From positions 2,040,001 through 2,072,000 of the forward strand of contig NC_008340.1 in NCBI RefSeq assembly GCF_000014785.1: 32,000 nucleotides of DNA. Reading direction: 5' to 3'. The position numbers were made by a program, and so were the translations under genes. Below, piece by piece: positions 1-8,603 of the stretch (positions within the stretch are counted from its first letter, which is position 1; each line of letters opens with the position of its first letter). The notes under the pieces are model-generated. The model did no database searches. It worked only from the letters and a program-made list of their open reading frames with translations, and was not told the origin of the DNA. The stretch is from Alkalilimnicola ehrlichii MLHE-1 (GTDB taxonomy: Bacteria > Pseudomonadota > Gammaproteobacteria > Nitrococcales > Halorhodospiraceae).

Positions 1-1
1 G

Positions 2-430
2 GTGGTGCTGGTCGGTCCGGGGTGGCTGGCGGCCACCAAGGGCACCGACTTCGCACGGCTGGCGGGGCGTGCCAACGGCGAGACCGAGATCGTGCAGCTG
101 CTTTCGGCCTGGCAGATAGAGAATGGCGTGGCGCACTCACGGGACGTGGCATTGGCCACGCCCCGCAACCGCCTGGCCGCGCAGGCCGCACTGGAACTGC
201 CCGAGCGCCGGATCCGCGAGGCCGAGGTGGCCGTGGTCGATGGCGACGGCTGTGCGCTGATGCGCCAGGAGGTGCATGGCAGCTTCGATGCGCCGGAGAT
301 CGAGGAGCCGCACTTCCTGGAGGTGCTGCTCGGCGCCCCGCTGGACCTGCTGAAACGCGGGCTGGATGCCCTATCCATCAGCCCGGAGGACTGCGAGGTC
401 TTCTACGAAGGCGACGTTGCCGCGCCATGA
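2..430 (+). CDS. AsmA family protein, C-terminal part (truncated by window start)
   Basis: Open from window edge. C-terminal pattern '...GCALMRQEVHGSFDAPEIEEPHFLEVLLGAPLDLL...DCEVFYEGDVAAP' resembles the C-terminus of AsmA proteins. Stop TGA at 428-430. Confidence 0.5.
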   Translation: MVLVGPGWLAATKGTDFARLAGRANGETEIVQLLSAWQIENGVAHSRDVALATPRNRLAAQAALELPERRIREAEVAVVDGDGCALMRQEVHGSFDAPEIEEPHFLEVLLGAPLDLLKRGLDALSISPEDCEVFYEGDVAAP

Positions 431-439
431 GCGCGGCTG

Positions 440-446
440 GTTATGC
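440..446 (-). other. Possible residual attC core (GTTATGC) of the distal toxin-antitoxin cassette
   Basis: Plus strand GCCGCGC-catga-GCGCGGC-tg-GTTATGC (419-446) lies right next to the yoeB stop, the same placement as the other attC sites. No matching RYYYAAC half was found to the left. Confidence 0.3.
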
Positions 447-447
447 A

Positions 448-711
448 TTATTCGTAGTGGCTCCAGAGCCTCAGAACTTTTACCACCCGATCTTCTTCCA
501 ATACTTGGTAGACCAGACGATGCTGAATATTGATGCGGCGCGAATAGGCCCCCGCGAGATCCCCAATGAGTTTCTCGAACGGAGGCGGCTTGCGGTAAGG
601 GTCCTCTGAAATCAGCGCCAACAATTCCTGGGCTTTTGGTTTGAGGCCGCTAGAGGCCAGTTTCTTTGCATCTTTCTGGGCTTGCTTGGTGTAAACCAAC
701 TTCCATGTCAC
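448..711 (-). CDS. yoeB: Txe/YoeB family toxin (mRNA interferase)
   Basis: 87 aa; 'KLVYTKQAQKDAKKL...KPPPFEKLIGDLAGAYSRRINIQHRLVYQVLEEDRVVKVLRLWSHYE' is the YoeB pattern. GTG start overlaps the yefM TGA (GTGA). Confidence 0.93.
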   Translation of the reverse strand: MTWKLVYTKQAQKDAKKLASSGLKPKAQELLALISEDPYRKPPPFEKLIGDLAGAYSRRINIQHRLVYQVLEEDRVVKVLRLWSHYE

Positions 712-950
712 CAGTCCATCTCCTCATCGCATTCGTCCACAGGGGTATCCATCCCCTCACGAATAGACTCCCTCATGCCCGGTACGGAGAGCAGATAAAG
801 TGTTTCCTGAATCGCAGACCAGTCTTCCTCGGAAACCAAGACGGCTTTGTTCCGCTTACCCGTGATGACGATTGGTTGGTGGGACTCGGCGGTCTCGTCA
901 ATCAACCGATAAAGGTTGCTGCGCGCCTCAGTTGCTGTGATTCCGGTCAT
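708..950 (-). CDS. yefM: YefM/Phd family antitoxin
   Basis: 80 aa; 'ITATEARSNLYRLIDETAESHQPIVITGKRNKAVLVSEEDWSAIQETLYLLSVPGM' is classic YefM. Immediately upstream of yoeB. Confidence 0.93.
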   Translation of the reverse strand: MTGITATEARSNLYRLIDETAESHQPIVITGKRNKAVLVSEEDWSAIQETLYLLSVPGMRESIREGMDTPVDECDEEMDW

Positions 951-1006
951 GACGCACCTCTTGCGTGTTCAACTTTTCACCAAGTGTACGCCTTTGGGTA
1001 CGTACG

Positions 1007-1237
1007 TCAAGACGAACGTACTGCATAACGCCCGGCCCCCAGCAGGTCAACCAGATCGGTGTGGCCACGGCCCCGCTGCACGTCCGGCACCCAGTGCAGG
1101 TAGCGCATGGTCGAGTGCAGATCCTTATGCCCCTTGCCTTGCTCGATGCGAAGCTGAGAGCGCTCGCCGTCAATGTCCGTGACCCGCACCGCGACCAGCT
1201 CACTGACCCGTAACCCCTTCGCTCTAACGCCAGCCAT
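1007..1237 (-). pseudogene. Tyrosine recombinase remnant (IS91-associated integrase type), internally deleted
   Basis: 'GLRVSELVAVRVTDIDGERSQLRIEQGKGHKD' (box I region) is joined directly to 'LHSTMRYLHWVPDVQRG...' (a C-terminal-like segment). The intervening catalytic region is missing. Confidence 0.65.
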
Positions 1238-1282
1238 CAGTTGCGCGACGCAAGGAGCGTCAACTGCATGGCATTGTTATAC
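1222..1282 (-). repeat. attC site A (integron recombination site, downstream of hsdR)
   Basis: CTCTAAC...GTTATAC. Arms GCCATCAGTTG (1233-1243) and CAACTGcATGGC (1261-1272) pair with one extrahelical C at 1267. Inner GACGC/GCGTC stem. Confidence 0.85.
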
Positions 1283-1303
1283 GCTTTCTGCACCCCAAAA
1301 CGC

Positions 1304-4300
1304 CTATCCGCCGCCGGTGCGCTTTTCCTCACGCACTCGCTTAAAAATCTCCTCGGCAAGGTGCTCATGGGCTGCTGAACGAAACTCCTTGTCGGTCATC
1401 ACACGCGAAAATATGTCTTCGTTGTTTTCCATTCGGTCAATGAACAGTTCATCCAGCATTCGCTCCAGAAATGCGGAGAAGTTTGGCAGGTTGTTTGCCC
1501 TTGCCGCTTCAACGATTTTTTCATTTTCCTCGGCGCTCGCGGTGATCTGATCAAAGAACAGTTGGTCGGCTTCGGTAAAGTCTGTGCCAAAACGTTCGTT
1601 TAGCTTTTCGACCAGTGATGATAGCGGCACGGCTTCCTCCTTCACGCCACTAGTGCCGACATCGGTGGGCCCTTTCAGAGGGTAGGCCTCGCCCGTGCCC
1701 AGGTCGATGGAGCCCTCCGTCATTTGTTGCAGGCGGAAATAGCGCAAGGCCACTTCGTCGTCGAGTGCGAAGGCCTGACCATCGCCAGGAGGGGGAAGCT
1801 TGGAAAGTAAGTTGCGGACGAAGGCGTAAAATTTTTCCAGTTCGCTGTCCTGATACGGAATGATCTGAGATAGAAAAGCGTAGAGATTACGGTAGGCGGT
1901 CAACTGGCCGCGAAACTCTTCTTGCTCCGCTTCCTCCCTGTCACTGAAGCGCGCAACCACCGCATCTAACACTGCATTCATTACCCGGTGGTCGGAAGCA
2001 GAGTGATCCCGTTTGCTCCGATACCATACATCCGCGAAAGCATTGACATCATCGGGCGCAAAGATGGCCCAACCCATAAGTTTGTGTTGCAGCTCGGACA
2101 ACTGGTGCGGATCGGCATTCTCGCCGACAGGTGTAGCCTCGTAGTAGGGCTTGAAGGACTGATAGATATCGTCTTCCTCGTTGGCGAAGTCCAGCACGAA
2201 GGTACGGGCCTTGCCCGGTGCCACACGATTGAGGCGAGACAGGGTCTGCACTGCCTGGACACCGGCCAGGCGTTTGACTACATACATGGTCTGCAGCAGC
2301 GGCTGGTCGAAACCGGTCTGGTATTTCTCCGCGACCAGCAGCACACGGTAATCCTCGCGCTCGAAGGTTTCCGGCAGCTCGCTTTCCGCCAGACCGTCAT
2401 TCATCGCGACCTCGGTGTAAGCGGAACCGGGGTCGTCTGGATCTTCAACGCTACCGGAGAAAGCGACCAGCGAGCGTATGCCGCCATAGCCGTTGTCCTT
2501 GATATAGCGGTCAAAGGCCAATTTGTATTTCACCGCAGCCAGCCGCGATCCAGTCACTACCATGGCTTTGGCACGCCCGCCCATTTCGCTCATCACATAC
2601 AACCGGAAGTGCTCGACGATCACCGAGACCACCTGCTCGATATTGACCGGGTGCAATTCCAGGTAGCGGCTCAGGGCCTTGGCGGCTTTCTTGCGCGGTA
2701 CTTCCGGGTCGTTCTCAACCTGCTTGATCAGGCCGAAGAAGCGCTTGTAGGTGGTGTAGTTCTGCAGCACGTCCATGATGAAGCCTTCTTCGATGGCCTG
2801 ACGCATGGAGTATTCGTGAAACGGAGAGCTGCCGGAGGGGCCCGGTTCATCGAAAAGGGCCTTGGTCTTGAATTTCGGCGTGGCGGTAAAGGCAAAGAAA
2901 CTAAGGTTTGGTTGCCGTGCCCGCTTCAGCGAATCGCGAAGAATAGCGGCCTTGGCTTCATCCGACAGCGCATCGTCTTCCTCATCCGACAACTGGGCGG
3001 CTATGGCCGCCTCGATGCCATCCTTGTTCAGCATGCCCCGCAATTCAGAAGCTGTCTCGCCGCTCTGGGAGGAATGCGCCTCGTCCACAATCACAGCAAA
3101 ACGCTTGCCGGCGGTGCTGATTTTCACCCCTGTGCCCTTTTTCTCCAGCGTAGAAAGGGCCTGGGAAATGAAGGGGAATTTCTGCAAGGTGGTGATAATG
3201 ATCGGCGTGCCGCCGGACAGGGCCTGAGCCAATTGCTGGGTGTTCTCGTCGATCTTCTCCACCACCCCGGTCTTGTGCTCGAACTGGTAGATGGTGTTCT
3301 GCAACTGCTGGTCCAGCACGCGCCGGTCAGTGACCACCACCACCGAGTGGAACACCTTCTGATCCTCGGCATCGTGCAGGCTGGCCAGCCGGTGCGCCAG
3401 CCAGGCGATGGAATTGGACTTGCCGGAACCGGCCGAGTGCTGGACCAGATAATTGTGCCCCGAGCCATTGGCCCGTGCATGGACCACCAGCCTGCGCACC
3501 GCGTCGAGCTGGTGATAGCGGGGGAAGATCATGGTTTCCTTGCGGATGGTGCGCACGCCCTTGTCGGTCTTGACCTGCCGCTCCTTCACCTCCAGGTGCA
3601 TGAAGCGTTGCAGGATGTCCATCAGGCTGTCCTTCTCCAGCACCTCATCCCACAGGTAGTGGGTCTTCCAGTTGTTCTCCACTGGTGGATTGCCTGCGCC
3701 ATGATCATGCCCGCGGTTGAAGGGCAGAAAGACGGTATCCTTGCCCTTCAGGCGCGTGGTCATCCATGCCTCGTCCGGGTCCACGGCAAAATGCACCAAG
3801 GCGCGCTTTTTGAACGCAAACAACAGGTCGCGTTCATCGCGGTCCTGCTTGTATTGCTTGACCGCATCTGCCGCCCGCTGGCCGGTGAGCGAGTTTTTCA
3901 ATTCTGCGGTGACCACCGGCAGGCCGTTCAAGCTCAGAGTGACATCGATAATGCAGCGGCGGTTTTTGGTTGATTTTGGACCATCGGCCTTCTTCATCAC
4001 CGAAGTAAAAGCCACCTGCCGGGTGACCGTTAGCCGGTTCAGTGCGTAGGCGGCCGCCGCCTCCGGGTTCATGCCGGAATTGGGCCGGAAATGCGCCAGC
4101 CGGAAGGTCTTGCCGTAACATTTGAAGCCGTAGCGCAGCACATGCAGGGTGCCCTTGATCTCCAACTCCTTGGCCAGGCTGTGCAGCACCGTGGCGCGAG
4201 TCTTTTCGCCCAGCAAGGCTTCCAGTTGGCCCCACTTGGCCGCTTGGCTGTCCTGCAAAAAACCGGTGACATCCTCTGGGAATATCGCCAACGCCTCGTC

Positions 4301-4393
4301 GTAGGCTGAGGCATTGCGTTTCTCATAGCCGCCCGCACTGGTCAGGCTGGCTTCTATGGCGGTTTCAAAAGCGAGTTCGGAGTGGCCAGCCAT
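1304..4393 (-). CDS. hsdR: Type I restriction endonuclease subunit R
   Basis: 1029 aa; N-terminal 'ELKNSLTGQ' nuclease-domain motif, Walker A 'HSAGSGKSNSIAWL', 'VIVDEAHSSQSG', 'FFAFTATPK', SF2 motor; linked to hsdM/hsdS. Confidence 0.96.
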   Translation of the reverse strand: MAGHSELAFETAIEASLTSAGGYEKRNASAYDEALAIFPEDVTGFLQDSQAAKWGQLEALLGEKTRATVLHSLAKELEIKGTLHVLRYGFKCYGKTFRLAHFRPNSGMNPEAAAAYALNRLTVTRQVAFTSVMKKADGPKSTKNRRCIIDVTLSLNGLPVVTAELKNSLTGQRAADAVKQYKQDRDERDLLFAFKKRALVHFAVDPDEAWMTTRLKGKDTVFLPFNRGHDHGAGNPPVENNWKTHYLWDEVLEKDSLMDILQRFMHLEVKERQVKTDKGVRTIRKETMIFPRYHQLDAVRRLVVHARANGSGHNYLVQHSAGSGKSNSIAWLAHRLASLHDAEDQKVFHSVVVVTDRRVLDQQLQNTIYQFEHKTGVVEKIDENTQQLAQALSGGTPIIITTLQKFPFISQALSTLEKKGTGVKISTAGKRFAVIVDEAHSSQSGETASELRGMLNKDGIEAAIAAQLSDEEDDALSDEAKAAILRDSLKRARQPNLSFFAFTATPKFKTKALFDEPGPSGSSPFHEYSMRQAIEEGFIMDVLQNYTTYKRFFGLIKQVENDPEVPRKKAAKALSRYLELHPVNIEQVVSVIVEHFRLYVMSEMGGRAKAMVVTGSRLAAVKYKLAFDRYIKDNGYGGIRSLVAFSGSVEDPDDPGSAYTEVAMNDGLAESELPETFEREDYRVLLVAEKYQTGFDQPLLQTMYVVKRLAGVQAVQTLSRLNRVAPGKARTFVLDFANEEDDIYQSFKPYYEATPVGENADPHQLSELQHKLMGWAIFAPDDVNAFADVWYRSKRDHSASDHRVMNAVLDAVVARFSDREEAEQEEFRGQLTAYRNLYAFLSQIIPYQDSELEKFYAFVRNLLSKLPPPGDGQAFALDDEVALRYFRLQQMTEGSIDLGTGEAYPLKGPTDVGTSGVKEEAVPLSSLVEKLNERFGTDFTEADQLFFDQITASAEENEKIVEAARANNLPNFSAFLERMLDELFIDRMENNEDIFSRVMTDKEFRSAAHEHLAEEIFKRVREEKRTGGG

Positions 4394-4396
4394 GGA

Positions 4397-5008
4397 TCAA
4401 ATCTCCTGTATCGAGGTGTTCTGCAACTCGGCCAGCGCCTGGCCGTGCACCTCGTCAAAATGGTAATAGCGTATGGATGGATCAGCGCGGAGTTGCCGAT
4501 TGGGTTCCAGATAGGCGTCTGGGTTGTCATTCTCGGCAAAGACGAATTTGCGAAGATGAATTCGGCGCTTGTCACCGGTGTAATGCTCGATGGTGCGCTT
4601 GAGGCTGTGGACCCAACAGGCACCCGCCCTGAGCTGAGGGACAATCTTTTCAGCAGTCAAACTCTTGGATTTGAACTCGATACAGTCCGCGTAAAACCTT
4701 TGGCCGTTCACATAGAAAATAACGAAGTCGCAGCGCTTTGACCAAGGCTTAGCTGTATCGTCTAGAAAGTGGAAAAGAGGCGGTTTACTCTTTTTCCGCT
4801 GCAACTCAACCTGATCATGGTCCAACTTGAAAGCCAATCCCGGCCCCGGCAAAAGAAGCTGTATTTTCCTTGTTTTCGCGCGGGTCCCTGTTGGAGGAAA
4901 ATACTTTTCTTTCAGGATGACTTCACCTCCCACGCCATCATGCATCACATATCGACTATTTACATAGGCCTTCAGGTGCTCGAAATAGGTGGAGGCTGCC
5001 AACGTCAT
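4397..5008 (-). CDS. Hypothetical protein embedded in the type I R-M operon; possible PD-(D/E)xK-like fold
   Basis: 203 aa; ATGA overlap with hsdS and 3 nt gap to hsdR. Segment 'KRCDFVIFYVNGQRFYADCIEFKSKSL' resembles D...ExK nuclease spacing. Confidence 0.6.
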   Translation of the reverse strand: MTLAASTYFEHLKAYVNSRYVMHDGVGGEVILKEKYFPPTGTRAKTRKIQLLLPGPGLAFKLDHDQVELQRKKSKPPLFHFLDDTAKPWSKRCDFVIFYVNGQRFYADCIEFKSKSLTAEKIVPQLRAGACWVHSLKRTIEHYTGDKRRIHLRKFVFAENDNPDAYLEPNRQLRADPSIRYYHFDEVHGQALAELQNTSIQEI

Positions 5009-6264
5009 TGCAGACCTCCGATTTGGCCAGTGACGGCAGCGGTAATTAGTGCAGAGCGATATTCTTCTAGCTTCTGGACACTACGCTTTACTTCATCTGC
5101 AGCGAAGCGATTCTCTCGATCTACACGTGAACAATAGTCGGCAATCTCAGTTTGCTCATCTAGAAAGGGAATTGGTAACACAAACGCACCAAGCGCTTCT
5201 CGATTTACTTTAGGCATCGCAACGCGAAGTGACTCAAGCTCGGCATAAGCCGTAAACGCATCAGTTAGAAGAAAATAAAATAAGTACCGACGTTCAAAAT
5301 ACTTCCCGGGGTCAATAGCGTACATATCTGCACTGCAAAGACACACTGAATCAAATAACGCAACCTTTCTGAGTGCAGGGCGAATCTTTGAGTATAGAAC
5401 AGAGCCCTCAGAGCAGAAGTATTTCCCGCTAATTGCTCCCTGTTCCTCGGCACTAGGGACATCGTATAGTCGTCCAGTACCGCTTTCTATATAGTCGGGA
5501 GCAATTAAAGGCATATCTGTATACTCAGGCTCGCGAGGATCGACTTGCCCACTTTGTACTTGGCATCTCCATTTGAATGGAACCAGATCCCAATGCGCAG
5601 GAATATCACCCAGCCAGTCGATGCCGGAGGGTTTCATGGGGGCTTCGGGGTTAAGGCCCTTGGTGACGGCGCGGGTGATCAGGGCCTGGCGCTTTTCCGC
5701 CAGCCGGTCCAACAGGGCGCGCTTTTTCTCGATCAGGCCATCGATGCGGGCGGTCTTCTCATCCAGAAACTGCGCGATGCGGCGCTGGGTTTCGAGGGGT
5801 GGGAGCGGCATTTCGATAGTGACCAGCTCACTAGCGTTAATCGCCGGATAGCTGACCCCGACCGAGCGCGAAACAACCTCCGATACAAACGGCTCAGATT
5901 TCGCGGCCCAACCGAGGTATCCACTATCGACTTCTTCCCTGTCTGGTCGAACAACACAAAAACCTGTCGAAGCAATCAGGTCTGGCGAAGCTTCGTCAAC
6001 CTTGGCAATGGCCCTGAGGTAAGTCCGAACTGTAGAAATCAATATGTCGCCGCTTCGCACTTTACGACGAGCACGAGAGGGAGCCTTCCCGAAAGTAATA
6101 CGCTCTACCTGCTCAACTCCACGAGATAGGGAAACACCTGAGATCTCAACGTAGTCGATCTCGGCCTCTTCATCAGTGCTTTCTGGTAAGACCTCATCAT
6201 TATAGGTAGCTAGGTATTTGAGGCGCTTGCTTGACCATGTCGCTGGAAGTGTTACGTCAATCAT
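5005..6264 (-). CDS. hsdS: Type I restriction-modification specificity subunit S
   Basis: 419 aa; two target-recognition repeats ('LPATWSSKRLKYLA...' and 'IPAHWDLVPFKWRC...') and conserved 'PPLETQRRIAQFLDEKTARIDGLIEKKRALLDRLAEKRQALI'. Confidence 0.95.
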   Translation of the reverse strand: MIDVTLPATWSSKRLKYLATYNDEVLPESTDEEAEIDYVEISGVSLSRGVEQVERITFGKAPSRARRKVRSGDILISTVRTYLRAIAKVDEASPDLIASTGFCVVRPDREEVDSGYLGWAAKSEPFVSEVVSRSVGVSYPAINASELVTIEMPLPPLETQRRIAQFLDEKTARIDGLIEKKRALLDRLAEKRQALITRAVTKGLNPEAPMKPSGIDWLGDIPAHWDLVPFKWRCQVQSGQVDPREPEYTDMPLIAPDYIESGTGRLYDVPSAEEQGAISGKYFCSEGSVLYSKIRPALRKVALFDSVCLCSADMYAIDPGKYFERRYLFYFLLTDAFTAYAELESLRVAMPKVNREALGAFVLPIPFLDEQTEIADYCSRVDRENRFAADEVKRSVQKLEEYRSALITAAVTGQIGGLQ

Positions 6265-8438
6265 CCCACCAATCCCCTTAAAAGCCCGGCAATTTCCCCT
6301 TCCAGTTCGGTAATCTCCTGCTCGATCTCGTCCAGCGGACGCGGTGGCTTGTAGACGTAGAAATGCCGGTTGATCGGGATTTCATAACCCACCTTGGTCT
6401 TGCTGTAGTCCACCCAGGCATCATCCACATGGGGCAGCACCTCGCGGGCCATGTAGGCGTCGATCTCGGCCCGGAAGGCGGTCACCAGCTTGTCATTGGG
6501 TTTGTCCGGGCCGAACTGCATTGGCAGGGGCAGTTGGGTGCCCTCGGGCAAGGGGATGTTCTCGGTGTCGCGCAGTTCGCTGTCAGGCTCCGGTCTGCCC
6601 TTGCTGTCGCGGCAAATTTCGGCATCGGGGTCGCGCTCGCCCAGAGCGTTGAAGATGGCCTTTTTGATCGGTACCGGGAGTTTGAGGCTAGCCACCTTGG
6701 CAGCGGCGTTCAGATCCGCTTCGAAAACGGCGCGGTCGGTGTACTGCCCCTTGGGTGCTAGGCTCGCCAACAGAGCGCGAATCGCCTCCTGCTGCTTTTG
6801 CCCTTCCGCGATCTCCTTGGCAGCCGCAGCCTCATTCTTGCGTTTTTTCGAGGTGGCCAGGTTGGCAAAGGCGGTCTGCTCATCCAGCCGGGCAATGCGC
6901 TCCGGCGAAGCTTCGAAGTTCATGCGCAGGGGGCGCTCCACCGTCACCTTGAGAAAGCCGAACTCGCGGTTCTCGAAAATGCGGGAGACCACACGGGTTT
7001 CGGTGTCGCCGTTGATTCTTACCTCGGCGGTTTCACCGTCCCGGTTGTTACCGTAGAGTCGGGTCAGATCGCGGATCTGGTCTTCGGTGACCTCGTTACG
7101 CTTGTTGTTGAGGCTTTTCTTCATGCGCTGGAAAAAGCGTGTGCCGTCGATTAGTTGCACCTTGCCGCGCCGCTCCGGGGCCTTGCGGTTGGTCACCAGC
7201 CAGACATAGGTGAAAATACCGGTGTTGTAGAAAAGCTGGTCGGGCAGCGCGACGATGGCATCGAGCCAGTCGTTTTCGATAATCCAGCGGCGGATATTCG
7301 ACGGCCCGGAACCGGCATCACCGGAAAATAGCGGCGAGCCATTGAAGACGATGGCGATCTTGGAACCGACGGAGTCGTCATCCCCCTCTTTGTAGGGGTG
7401 CATCTTGGCGATCATGTGCTGCAGGAACAGCAGGGAGCCGTCATTGATGGCGGGCAGGCCGGCGCCGAATCGTCCGGCAAAGCCCATCTCCTTGTGTTCT
7501 TTCTCGACGACGGTTTTCTGGTCTTTCCACTCCACACCAAAGGGCGGATTAGCCAGCAGGTAGTGAAACTGCTTGCCCTCGAAGCCGTCGCGGGTCTTGC
7601 CGTCGCCCAGGGTATCGCCCAGCACGATGCTGCTGGTGTCTTCATCCTTGATCAGCATGTCCGAACAGCAGATGGCCCAGGACTCGTCGTTGTACTCCTG
7701 ACCGAACAGCGCCAAGTTAGCCTGACTGTTCTGGTCGAGGATGAATTTCTCCGATTCCGACAGCATGCCGCCCGTACCGCAGGCCGGGTCGTAAATAGTG
7801 CGGTAGATGCCCGGCGTGTAAACATCCTGTTCGCCGGTGTAGACCAGATTGGCCATCAGGCGGATGACTTCGCGCGGGGTGAAGTGGTCCCCGGCCTCTT
7901 CGTTGGCCTGCTCATTGAAGCGCATCACCAGATGCTCGAACAGGTAGCCCATTTGCAGGTTGTCGATGCGGTCCGGGTGCAGGTCCACTTCTGACATCGC
8001 CTTGACGATGGTAAACAGCCGGTTGCTGGCGTCGAGTTTTTCGATCTGGTCAGTGAATTTAAAACGCTCGAAGATGGCCCGAGCCGTAGGCGAGAAACCG
8101 TTGATATAGGCGACAAGGTTAGGCGCAATGTTCTCCGAATCCCCCAACAATTTCTCGAAGATGAACGGACTGGTGTTGTAGAGAGGGTGGGTTCGGTCAG
8201 GATCGGCCGCCTTGCCCAACAGCTTCTCCATGGCATTTTCCGGCATACCTTGAGCGGACAGCTTTTCGTATTGCTTCAGCACCGCTTCTTTGGTGGGCTC
8301 CAGCACACAATCCAGTCGCCGCAGCACGACCATAGGCAGCATGACCAAGCGGTACTGAGGGGGGCGGTAAGGGCCGCGAAGGCGGTTGGCGATTTCCCAG
8401 ATGTGGCTTTTGAGCTGGTCGTGCAACTGCAAGTTCAT
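6261..8438 (-). CDS. hsdM: Type I restriction-modification methyltransferase subunit M
   Basis: 725 aa; 'GDHFTPREVIRLMANL', 'DPACGTGGML', 'NPPFGVEWK' (motif IV NPPF). ATGA overlap with hsdS. Confidence 0.97.
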   Translation of the reverse strand: MNLQLHDQLKSHIWEIANRLRGPYRPPQYRLVMLPMVVLRRLDCVLEPTKEAVLKQYEKLSAQGMPENAMEKLLGKAADPDRTHPLYNTSPFIFEKLLGDSENIAPNLVAYINGFSPTARAIFERFKFTDQIEKLDASNRLFTIVKAMSEVDLHPDRIDNLQMGYLFEHLVMRFNEQANEEAGDHFTPREVIRLMANLVYTGEQDVYTPGIYRTIYDPACGTGGMLSESEKFILDQNSQANLALFGQEYNDESWAICCSDMLIKDEDTSSIVLGDTLGDGKTRDGFEGKQFHYLLANPPFGVEWKDQKTVVEKEHKEMGFAGRFGAGLPAINDGSLLFLQHMIAKMHPYKEGDDDSVGSKIAIVFNGSPLFSGDAGSGPSNIRRWIIENDWLDAIVALPDQLFYNTGIFTYVWLVTNRKAPERRGKVQLIDGTRFFQRMKKSLNNKRNEVTEDQIRDLTRLYGNNRDGETAEVRINGDTETRVVSRIFENREFGFLKVTVERPLRMNFEASPERIARLDEQTAFANLATSKKRKNEAAAAKEIAEGQKQQEAIRALLASLAPKGQYTDRAVFEADLNAAAKVASLKLPVPIKKAIFNALGERDPDAEICRDSKGRPEPDSELRDTENIPLPEGTQLPLPMQFGPDKPNDKLVTAFRAEIDAYMAREVLPHVDDAWVDYSKTKVGYEIPINRHFYVYKPPRPLDEIEQEITELEGEIAGLLRGLVG

Positions 8439-8513
8439 TTAGTTGATTATCCTTTTGATATTAGTGCGTGTTTCTGTAGATAATGTTCTCAGGTGAAGCG
8501 GTATTGTGAGTGC

Positions 8514-8603
8514 GTATAACGCAAAGGTAACCGGCGCCGGAGCGCCAGCGGGGGGAACCAAAAGCGGAACGCTTTTGGCGTCCGGTTGACCGCTTGGTTA
8601 GAG
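8514..8603 (-). repeat. attC site B
   Basis: GTATAAC...GTTAGAG. Left arm GGTAACCGG-CGCC pairs with GGCG-t-CCGGTT-g-ACC, with extrahelical T8581 and G8588. Central hairpin CCAAAAGCGgaaCGCTTTTGG. Confidence 0.9.

Noticed and set aside
1988-3973. 661-aa plus-strand ORF opposite hsdR
   Set aside because: Antisense to clearly conserved HsdR motor motifs; no independent motif support.
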